This document shows positions 52,539 through 61,428 of a stretch of 64,000 nt of DNA, one piece after another (the first letter of the stretch is position 1; every line of letters begins with the position of its first letter). Location: contig JBDRZU010000001.1 of the NCBI GenBank assembly GCA_039804105.1, positions 960,001 through 1,024,000 of the forward strand, read 5' to 3'. This stretch comes from a candidate division WOR-3 bacterium. GTDB taxonomy: Bacteria > Hydrothermota > 32-111. The notes beneath the pieces were generated by a model. It was not told where the DNA came from, ran no database searches, and was given only the letters and a program-made list of their open reading frames with translations. The translations under genes and the position numbers were made by a program.

Positions 52539-53514
52539 ATTCCTTCTCCCTGAATCTTTTGATATTCTCTTTTACCTTCTCTTCAGAAAAGTTCGCATAA
52601 CAATAAACACAAAGATGCATACATGTGTTATATTCTCCAACATCCTTACTAATAATACAACCACAATCAGCCCTCTGTCCTTTATCCTTCAATTTTTTGT
52701 TTTCAACATAGTCGGAAAAAAGATTTTCATCATACCCCAAAAATTCCATCAACTTTTTGTCATCCTTGAACAATCTAACCATAAATTCATCATCAACACA
52801 TTTATTCTTTTTTATTCCATAAACTGACAGATCAATGTTTTCAGCACATGTTGCAACTTCAAAATTATATTTTCCCCCAATCTCAGAAACATTCTTTGCT
52901 ATTTCAATTTTTTTATCATCATCAAATTCAATATATTTTATATTTTTTTTGCTTAAATTATTTTTTACCTTTGAGTAAATCTGAATATCAGCATAACTGA
53001 AAACAAGTTTTTCAGTATATCCTTTCAATTCTTTAGCAATATTTTCAATTTTTTTAGTCAATTTACCTATACTAAGTTGATCAGTCAGAATCAACGGATC
53101 AAATCTCCATATCACTTTCTCTTTTCCAATTTTTTCAGACAATTTTTTAAATATCTTAACTCTCTCTCTAAGATTTATCACATTTGGCTCAAACCCTTCT
53201 TCTTCATAATCGTTCAAAGTGAACTGAAAATAGTATCCAATGTTTCTTTCATCAAGCAGTTTTAAGTATGGGATTATCGGTTTCGGATTTTTTGTCCAGA
53301 AAACTATAACTCTCGTCTCATCAAAAAAGACATACGACTCTTTGTTGTTGAAAGGGTTCACCCATTTTATATAGCCCTTCTCAAAGCATCTAAAAAACCA
53401 CTCAGAATGAAACGCAGGTATATCGGTTGCTCTACTTGCTGAAATTATCACAGGGCAAACACCTTCCTTTTTTTGTCCATCAATAATCTTTTCAATTTTT
53501 TTCCATTTATACAT
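52525..53514 (-). CDS. DUF1848 family protein (radical-SAM-like Cys motif)
   Basis: IISASRATDIPAF, FWTKNP, WRFDP, DVGEYNTCMHLCVYCYAN. Confidence 0.9.
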   Translation of the reverse strand: MYKWKKIEKIIDGQKKEGVCPVIISASRATDIPAFHSEWFFRCFEKGYIKWVNPFNNKESYVFFDETRVIVFWTKNPKPIIPYLKLLDERNIGYYFQFTLNDYEEEGFEPNVINLRERVKIFKKLSEKIGKEKVIWRFDPLILTDQLSIGKLTKKIENIAKELKGYTEKLVFSYADIQIYSKVKNNLSKKNIKYIEFDDDKKIEIAKNVSEIGGKYNFEVATCAENIDLSVYGIKKNKCVDDEFMVRLFKDDKKLMEFLGYDENLFSDYVENKKLKDKGQRADCGCIISKDVGEYNTCMHLCVYCYANFSEEKVKENIKRFREKEYDKI

Positions 53515-54549
53515 ATAAACTCCAAAAATATCCTTCTTTTGTATTTTTTGTTAGTTCATTACATTTTTCAATCTTACCATTTTTACAAATGTTAAAACCT
53601 GAAGATGTTTCAGCAGCAAGATATTTTGAATTATCAGAAACTTTTTTATTTATCAATTTCAAAGCAATTTCTTTTTCAAGGATTATTTTATAATTTGTTT
53701 TAAAACTATCATAAATCATTGATCCAAACCCAAAATCTCTTATTATTTGAAAATTTATCTGTGTGAAGCAATCTCCATTATTGTTAACGCAATTGTGATG
53801 ATTTAAATTGCATTGAACAGGTAGTAAAGTTGTATAATTTTTATTGTTTCTGTAAAATTTTTTTAATTCCTGATTCATAATTATCGGGAAAAATCTCCCA
53901 TCATTGTTTTTATCGCAAACATCTGTTAAAAATATTACACCATCTTTGTTTAAGTATTTTACCATTTCTTCTGTAAAAATTCTATAATTTTCTTCTTTAT
54001 TTCCTGTTCTGTAAAATTCATTGATCATATTGAAACATAAAATGATATCAAATTTTTCTTTTAGTGATTCCATCAAATTTTTCAATCTGTTAGAAAATTT
54101 TTCTTCTGATGTAAAATCATAAAGTAGATAAGTTGAATTTGTGCTTGTATTATTTTTTATATCAAAATAATATTTATACTTAAAAAAGTATTTTTTCATT
54201 ATAGGGTTTGAATCAATAAGATAAAACTTAAAATTTCATAATTGAATTTGTTATTTATAAATGCTTTAATCATTCCAAAAATTTCAGGTGCTACACCAGA
54301 CCCAATATCGAGTATTTTTAATTCTTTTTTATTTTTAATAATTTCAGTATAGTCAGTATTTTCTATCAAATTATTGAACACAAGATATGAAACAACTTTG
54401 CTTCTCACAAAATATGTTCCAAGATATTCTAAAACTGTCTCCTCATCAGCATTTTTAAAAGTGATTATCCCACCACCCCTTTGTTTGTATTTTCCTCCAA
54501 TTGTCTCAAGAAACCTAAAAACTTCATTACTTATTCTTATGTTTATCAT
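53507..54549 (-). pseudogene. SAM-dependent methyltransferase-like gene split by a 1-nt frameshift near 54227-54237
   Basis: Motif I ILDIGSG in ORF 54199-54549; motif II-like FYLIDSNPIM lies in the frame of ORF 53507-54199, which also has FDIILCFNMINEF. Confidence 0.65.
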
Positions 54550-54567
54550 ACCCCTCCCTTTAAATTT

Positions 54568-54756
54568 TTATTTTACCTTCTTAAATATTTTTCTCCAAAA
54601 AAGTCCTGTTCCTGGAATTCCAACACTTATTGATTTTTCTTTACCTGATGTAAATTTTAAACCTCTAACCCCTGACGAAACACTAACACCACCTTTATTG
54701 ATATTCAACCATAAACCCGGTAAAATTTTTATAACTTTTTTAAACCTTATTCCCAA
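54568..54756 (-). CDS. Stand-alone DUF4236 small protein
   Basis: MGIRFKKVIKILPGLWLNINKGGVSVS.G...SVGIPGTGL; GGAGG RBS. Confidence 0.85.
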   Translation of the reverse strand: MGIRFKKVIKILPGLWLNINKGGVSVSSGVRGLKFTSGKEKSISVGIPGTGLFWRKIFKKVK

Positions 54757-54768
54757 TTTTGCCTCCTT

Positions 54769-54942
54769 TTATGGATTGAAAATTTTATATACTATTCCAA
54801 TAAAAATAAAACCAATTATGATTCCAAATATTCCAAATGACGGATCAAAAACAAAAAGCAAAAATCTACCAATAATTATCATCAAAAAAAGTAATCCAAT
54901 CATAGTCAGAATAAACTTTATAAAGATTTTTAAATTTTCCAT
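54769..54942 (-). CDS. Small two-TM membrane protein
   Basis: GGGAGGG RBS before MENLK; two hydrophobic segments. Confidence 0.65.
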   Translation of the reverse strand: MENLKIFIKFILTMIGLLFLMIIIGRFLLFVFDPSFGIFGIIIGFIFIGIVYKIFNP

Positions 54943-54998
54943 ATCCCTCCCTTTACACAAATAAAACTGAAATTTATTTTAAAAAACAAAAATATTTT

Positions 54999-55553
54999 TT
55001 AGTAAGGTAAATCTTCTTCATCAACATCATAGAATTCATCAAAATCATAAATAAAATAATTCTTTATTCTTTCTCCAATATCTTTTTTTATTTCATTTTC
55101 AAGTACCTTCAAATTTGTTGAAATATCATTTAGTAGATTTTCAATTTCAATTCTAAATATAGGGAAATATCTAATTTCATAAAGTTCGCCAATCATTATA
55201 TTTTTCTTTCTCATCTCAACTTCAAAAATATCAGCTAATATTGGAAAGAAAGTTTTGTTGCATATTACAGTGTAAATAAAATCCGATTTAATAATTGCTG
55301 GAGCATTTGCAATTTCTTTATTATATAAAATAACCGAAGCAATATCTCTTGGCTCAGATAAAAAATTTGTTAAAACAAATTTTAATATATCTTTGTTTTT
55401 ATCATTGCAAAAAAGATATTCAAACAATTGATCAAGATTCATAATGTTTTTTATATCATAATTTTTACCAAAAAGATAAAATGTGAAATCAGCATATTTC
55501 AAGAGGTAATTGCAGATTGTTTCAACAGTGATCTGTTTTCTTCCGTTTAACAT
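54999..55553 (-). CDS. Hypothetical protein, probable paralogue of 55684-56247
   Basis: AAGGAG RBS; shares Q.T...I...L..Y..F, F.N..N....KF and FIYD. Confidence 0.7.
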   Translation of the reverse strand: MLNGRKQITVETICNYLLKYADFTFYLFGKNYDIKNIMNLDQLFEYLFCNDKNKDILKFVLTNFLSEPRDIASVILYNKEIANAPAIIKSDFIYTVICNKTFFPILADIFEVEMRKKNIMIGELYEIRYFPIFRIEIENLLNDISTNLKVLENEIKKDIGERIKNYFIYDFDEFYDVDEEDLPY

Positions 55554-55554
55554 A

Positions 55555-55653
55555 TTACTCCTTTTTTAAATTTTTTAATATGATAAATCTGACAACAATC
55601 ATTTTAGAAACAATAAAAATTACACATAAAAATACTGGTAAAAAATTTACCAT
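55555..55653 (-). CDS. 32-aa hydrophobic peptide, absent from the ORF track
   Basis: MVNFLPVFLCVIFIVSKMIVVRFIILKNLKKE; GGGAGGG RBS; its 3' end contains the RBS of the next gene. Confidence 0.55.
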   Translation of the reverse strand: MVNFLPVFLCVIFIVSKMIVVRFIILKNLKKE

Positions 55654-55683
55654 TATCTCTTCCCTCCCTTTTTATTTAATTTT

Positions 55684-56247
55684 CTAAACAAAACAAAATG
55701 GATCTATAAAATCATCGTAAATGAAAGATTTATAAGTACCTTTAATAAAAAAAGATCTATTTTTTAATTCCTCTATAAATATTGTTGTATAAATGTTATA
55801 AATATCTTTAAAATTTTTCTCTATATCTTTCACAGCATTTTTAAAATCTGGTGTTGTATTACCAGTTTTTATTATATCTATTAAAATAGTCTCTTTTATG
55901 TTATAACGATTAAGAATTCTACCGAGTTCAAAAGAACAATGTACCATTTCATTTATCGGCCTTATAAAATAAAGAAACTTTGCAACCTGTTTTAAATTTT
56001 CAGTATCTATTTTACTAAAAAAATAATAAGGAATACCCGTACGAACAATATGAATATGAAAATCTATTAAAAATTTATATACTTCTCTATTTTCTTCATT
56101 GCTAAAAATACTTCTAAGTATTTCATCTGCACTTCTTTCATCATCTGAAAATTTATGATTATATAATTTACAATAGAATTCCATATACTCAATAAGAAAC
56201 TTTATTATCCCATCCATTGTTACTTGATTATTTTTTTTCTTTTCCAT
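55684..56247 (-). CDS. Hypothetical protein, probable paralogue of 54999-55553
   Basis: AGGAGGG RBS; shared motifs as above. Confidence 0.7.
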   Translation of the reverse strand: MEKKKNNQVTMDGIIKFLIEYMEFYCKLYNHKFSDDERSADEILRSIFSNEENREVYKFLIDFHIHIVRTGIPYYFFSKIDTENLKQVAKFLYFIRPINEMVHCSFELGRILNRYNIKETILIDIIKTGNTTPDFKNAVKDIEKNFKDIYNIYTTIFIEELKNRSFFIKGTYKSFIYDDFIDPFCFV

Positions 56248-56920
56248 TTACCCTCCTTTTTTGTTATTTTTTCAAAAAACAAAACCTTATGACTTCCAGT
56301 AAAATTGTTCAGATGAATTTGAATTTTGAGGGTTTTTAATATAAATAAACTTAAATTTTTTTGAAAAACAAAAAATTTTTAAAATTTTTTTTATCTCCAG
56401 TTTATTCTAATAACACAACTTCTTTCTGAATTATTTAATAATTTAAAAGCAATTATTTTTCAAGAAAGGTTAGACATCCTGTTTGAAAACTATCATAATT
56501 AAAGATTGAAGAAAAAAATTTAGGGAAATTTGATACATATAAATTTTATAAGTTTCATCTTTAGAAATTTCTTTTTTTAGTTTTTCAAATTCTATATTGC
56601 CATAACAAAATAAATATTTCACCTTTTCAAATAAATCATTGACCTTTTTCCTGCACTATCTCTTTTAATTTACAAAATTTATAAATTTTAGGTGAAATTT
56701 TCATCTATTTATCCACTTAGAAAAATTCTTTTTTCTTTCTAAAACAAAAGAAATTTTACAAAACAAGAAAATGTTTCAAAATTAGGATCTTGATATTAGA
56801 ATTTTTTAAAATTTTTATTTTTTACTATCCTTATAACCTAAGGTTTTAAATACAGTTACAGAAAAATGTCAAAAAGTCAAGCACCGTCCCTAAATTAACC
56901 AAATTATAATAATAATAAAA

Positions 56921-58048
56921 TTATTCGTTTCCATATTCTCTATTTAGATAATCTGCTGCCCAATTTAAATTTACACTATTATTATCAGATATTTCGATTC
57001 CAAATCTTCCTCCAAAATCATCTCCTTTTTTATATATTCCAATTAATATTTTCTTATCAGTATCAACTTTGAAATAGATTCCTTTTATTGCTGCCTGTCC
57101 ATAATAGGGCATCGAATAGCAGGTTTTGATCCATTTATTTTTCTTCCAAATCTTATAGACAAAATCTTCAAGACCTTTTGGATAATGATGTTCACTAAAT
57201 GTTGGTTCTTTTCTTTCATCATCATTCAAACTAATTAAATTTGGAGCTTTAGGATACCTAATTCTAAAAGATTCAAGATATATAGTTCCAAGTGTATTTA
57301 ATGAATACAAACGTCCTTCTTTTGTATCGATTGTATCAATAAAGACTTTCAATTTTTCATCCAATACAATTTCATTAATATTATCAATAGTATCTTCTCT
57401 TTCTAAGAGCGACAACAGATCAGCATTTTTCCCTAAAATATCATAGTCCAACGAAATAGGTAATGGGGGAAAATCTATAATCTCATTAAATTTTTCATGT
57501 TTATAAAATACTGGAATATTTAATGTTTGTCCTAAAATTACTGCAACTGCTATTTGTGCCTTATATCCTCCAGTTGCATCTATTGCAATATATTCAGATC
57601 CATATTTTTTAATCATTTTACCAAGTTTCTTAACAAGATTTCTTAAACCTTCTTTTTTAAATTTTTTAGGATCTTTATCTTGAAGCAATTCAATTATTTC
57701 AACTTCAACATTTTTAAGATTTAAATCTTTTCTATTTTCATAGTATAGTTGTAGAAATTTGCCTGTATTTTTGCCATCTTCAGTATCAGAGACAAAAAAT
57801 ACAATATTTTCTAATGTTAACCATCTTTTCTTTCTTATTTCTTCAATTGTATTTATCTCTGCACCACAAAATCTTTCTGAAGGATTTATGGATTGAAATA
57901 GTTCAGATAATTTGTCCCATTGCTTTTTTTCAAAAGAATCTTTAATTTCTTTCCAATATTCTGGTTTATTTTCAAAATTTTCATTTAATTTTTTCAAATT
58001 TCCTTCAAATAAACTTGCTCCAACAGTACACAATAAAGTCGTTTTCAT
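56921..58048 (-). CDS. CRISPR-associated CARF protein, APE2256/Crn1-like N-terminus with an extra C-terminal domain
   Basis: LLCTVGASL, GAEIN, SDTEDG, IDATGGYKAQ, YKHEKF..I..FPPLP; directly downstream of the array. Confidence 0.85.
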   Translation of the reverse strand: MKTTLLCTVGASLFEGNLKKLNENFENKPEYWKEIKDSFEKKQWDKLSELFQSINPSERFCGAEINTIEEIRKKRWLTLENIVFFVSDTEDGKNTGKFLQLYYENRKDLNLKNVEVEIIELLQDKDPKKFKKEGLRNLVKKLGKMIKKYGSEYIAIDATGGYKAQIAVAVILGQTLNIPVFYKHEKFNEIIDFPPLPISLDYDILGKNADLLSLLEREDTIDNINEIVLDEKLKVFIDTIDTKEGRLYSLNTLGTIYLESFRIRYPKAPNLISLNDDERKEPTFSEHHYPKGLEDFVYKIWKKNKWIKTCYSMPYYGQAAIKGIYFKVDTDKKILIGIYKKGDDFGGRFGIEISDNNSVNLNWAADYLNREYGNE

Positions 58049-58146
58049 ATTTTTTCCTCTTTTAATTTTTTTAATATTAAATTCTATCAATTTTTAAAAA
58101 TATCATCCAACTTTTAGATTATCCAGTTTCAAAAATATTATATAAA

Positions 58147-61006
58147 CACCAATGACCAAAAATGGTGCGATTAAGACCCAGATTAAGAGGCTGTTCCATA
58201 AGATTTCGCCACAGGGCATCTGGTTTCCATACCAAAAATGGTGCGATTAAGACAGATACCATCAAACATCAAATGGAAAGGGAACATTAGCAGTAGTTTC
58301 CATACCAAAAATGGTGCGATTAAGACTAGTGGAAAATAAAGAAGTAGATGTTCAGAAATGACTTATTATGTTTCCATACCAAAAATGGTGCGATTAAGAC
58401 CTTGACAAGAAAGTGAGTTTTAAAACTTTAAATTTCGAAGTGTTTCCATACCAAAAATGGTGCGATTAAGACGTATAGAGTAATTGGCTTAGATAGGAAA
58501 GTATCTTTTATAGTTTCCATACCAAAAATGGTGCGATTAAGACTTAAAATTGAAACTAAAAATTTTACATATTATTACGAAATGTTTCCATACCAAAAAT
58601 GGTGCGATTAAGACGAAAAAATGAAAAAAGAGGTTTTAAAAGAAAAACTTTTTAATGGTTTCCATACCAAAAATGGTGCGATTAAGACTCCAAAAAATGT
58701 ATCAGCATACATATTGCTGTCAGAAATGTTTCCATACCAAAAATGGTGCGATTAAGACGTTACCAGAGAACAAATCATTAACTTTCTTATGCCAGCTCGT
58801 TTCCATACCAAAAATGGTGCGATTAAGACCGAAGTGGGGATTGTATTTTTGACTGCTATTTCTTAACAAGGTTTCCATACCAAAAATGGTGCGATTAAGA
58901 CTGGAAGACATTGACAAATGGACTGTTGCACACGAATTGGCAAGGTTTCCATACCAAAAATGGTGCGATTAAGACAGAAGAAGACATAGAACAAATAGAA
59001 ATGATTGAACAACGTTTCCATACCAAAAATGGTGCGATTAAGACATTATTTTCTTCAAATTCTGATGGTTTTAAATTGAAAAGAGTTTCCATACCAAAAA
59101 TGGTGCGATTAAGACGGAGGTAAAAATGATACTTGACATTTCAAGAAATTGTGATGAGTTTCCATACCAAAAATGGTGCGATTAAGACCATCTTGGTATA
59201 TCTGATGGTAGTGTTGAAGTATGTGGCGAACCGTTTCCATACCAAAAATGGTGCGATTAAGACGGAGAAAGAGCCGAATATTGCATGGCAAAATCTCTTA
59301 ACCAAATAGGTTTCCATACCAAAAATGGTGCGATTAAGACGTGAGGAGGAAAAAATGAGACCAATGCCAAGAAAACTATATTATAGGTTTCCATACCAAA
59401 AATGGTGCGATTAAGACCTTGGAACATATGGTAAAAAGTTGGCAATAACTAGTATAAGTTTCCATACCAAAAATGGTGCGATTAAGACTGGATACGCATA
59501 TCCTCTAGTTGCAGATAATGACATACCAGTTTCCATACCAAAAATGGTGCGATTAAGACGGTATTATCTGCCCCCGTCATTTCTGTCTAATGGTAAAGTT
59601 TCCATACCAAAAATGGTGCGATTAAGACGTACAGTACATGTTGGTCTACATGTGATATACATGTGTAGGTTTCCATACCAAAAATGGTGCGATTAAGACC
59701 AAGAAGCACAGATATTAGTAAACGAGAACGTGCCAGATAAGTTTCCATACCAAAAATGGTGCGATTAAGACCAGTGGAGGAAAAAAGGATGAATAAAATA
59801 GAAAACATTATAAGGTTTCCATACCAAAAATGGTGCGATTAAGACACATAGAAAGGTATATGTTGTATATGTGACAAGATTTTCTGTGTTTCCATACCAA
59901 AAATGGTGCGATTAAGACATAATGTCAATTATGATTTTCCAGAAGCGCCATATGTTGGAAATGTTTCCATACCAAAAATGGTGCGATTAAGACCAAATAA
60001 AAGAAATAGGTTGGATTTTATTCCAGATAAAGTAGTTTCCATACCAAAAATGGTGCGATTAAGACCTATAGAAGCAAAAAATGAAAAGAAAGCAGAAATG
60101 ATAGCAAGTTTCCATACCAAAAATGGTGCGATTAAGACCTGATATAATATACCACATTGAATGGTATTTTTTCTCTTAGTAGTTTCCATACCAAAAATGG
60201 TGCGATTAAGACTCATCAATATATGATTCTGGCATCGAATACTGGGTTCCTGGTTTCCATACCAAAAATGGTGCGATTAAGACTATGGTTTATAAAAATA
60301 AAAAAATGGTTAATAAAGGAGGAAAAGTTTCCATACCAAAAATGGTGCGATTAAGACAATAAAAGAAATAGGTTGGATTTTATTCCAGATAAAGTATAAG
60401 TTTCCATACCAAAAATGGTGCGATTAAGACAGGAAAAGATGAATAAAATAGAAAACATTATAAGAGTTATTAATGGTTTCCATACCAAAAATGGTGCGAT
60501 TAAGACTGTAAAGAAAATAAAATTGGTATAGATATTTTACAAAAAAGTTTCCATACCAAAAATGGTGCGATTAAGACATTGTTTGAAAGAGTATCTCCTA
60601 TTAAACTTACATCATCATGTTTCCATACCAAAAATGGTGCGATTAAGACCAAAAAATTATAAAACCAGAAAAATTACCTGTTATAGCAGTTTCCATACCA
60701 AAAATGGTGCGATTAAGACTTGAAGCAGAACTAGATATATCATTGACAATATCATCAAGTTTCCATACCAAAAATGGTGCGATTAAGACTTTCATTAGAA
60801 TAGAACGTATCCAACATACTATCATTCCGTTTCCATACCAAAAATGGTGCGATTAAGACGACATCCCAGAATACATAAGACCAGCAGTGGATGCTGCTAT
60901 AGGTTTCCATACCAAAAATGGTGCGATTAAGACAAAAACAATGAAAAATTGGCATCATATGCTGCAACTATTATTGTTTCCATACCAAAAATGGTGCGAT
61001 TAAGAC
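58147..61006 (-). CRISPR. CRISPR array: 39 identical 31-nt repeats plus one degenerate trailer repeat, 39 spacers of 38-46 nt
   Basis: Repeat GTTTCCATACCAAAAATGGTGCGATTAAGAC on + (minus strand GTCTTAATCGCACCATTTTTGGTATGGAAAC, ending in an ATGGAAAC handle); degenerate copy at 58147-58177; leader at the cas2 end. Confidence 0.99.
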
Positions 61007-61158
61007 AGGATCATAAATTTAATCTTATTATATACTTATTTTAAAATTTGTCAAGATTTTTCTGTCGATCGGTGGTCGTGCAAAAAACCCGGGGGATCGA
61101 CAGAAAACTAAGTTGCTATAATTAAATTTAATAATATTAAATAAAAATTTAAAAAAAA
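61007..61158 (-). promoter_or_regulatory. CRISPR leader with promoter and 13-bp inverted repeat
   Basis: Minus-strand TTGACA (61054-61049), 16 bp, TATAAT (61032-61027); TTTTCTGTCGATC (61058-61070) and GATCGACAGAAAA (61095-61107). Confidence 0.85.
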
Positions 61159-61428
61159 TTATAGAAAATTATCCATTTCTTCGGAAGTTATCCCCACTCC
61201 ATGCAATTCTCTGTAAAGCCATCTTTTGTCTCTCATATAATAAATTATTAAACCATCTTCATTTTGATCACAGTTTTGAGAAAAATAATGTTTTATCTCT
61301 CTGATTTCCGACTCTGTCAATTCACCTTCAAAAACAGATCTCTGAACCCATTTTAAATATTTTTTTAAAAACTTATGAAATTTGTTAACTCTTTTTTCAC
61401 CAACATCATAAACAATAATCACATACAT
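61159..61428 (-). CDS. cas2: CRISPR-associated endoribonuclease Cas2
   Basis: MYVIIVYDV, RVNK, WVQRSVFEGEL. Confidence 0.96.
   Translation of the reverse strand: MYVIIVYDVGEKRVNKFHKFLKKYLKWVQRSVFEGELTESEIREIKHYFSQNCDQNEDGLIIYYMRDKRWLYRELHGVGITSEEMDNFL

Noticed and set aside
54220..54240. Programmed -1 ribosomal frameshift in the methyltransferase
   Set aside because: No in-frame canonical X XXY YYZ slippery heptamer or obvious downstream structure
45229..58146. Island as a prophage, ICE or transposon
   Set aside because: No integrase, transposase, tRNA, att-like direct repeats or phage structural genes seen
58655..60967. Short ORFs with repeating peptides (VSIPKMVRLR, LNRTIFGMET, VLIAPFLVWK)
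   Set aside because: They are translations of the CRISPR repeat, not genes
58178..60975. Self-targeting spacers
   Set aside because: No match to this window noticed by eye; an exhaustive alignment was not possible
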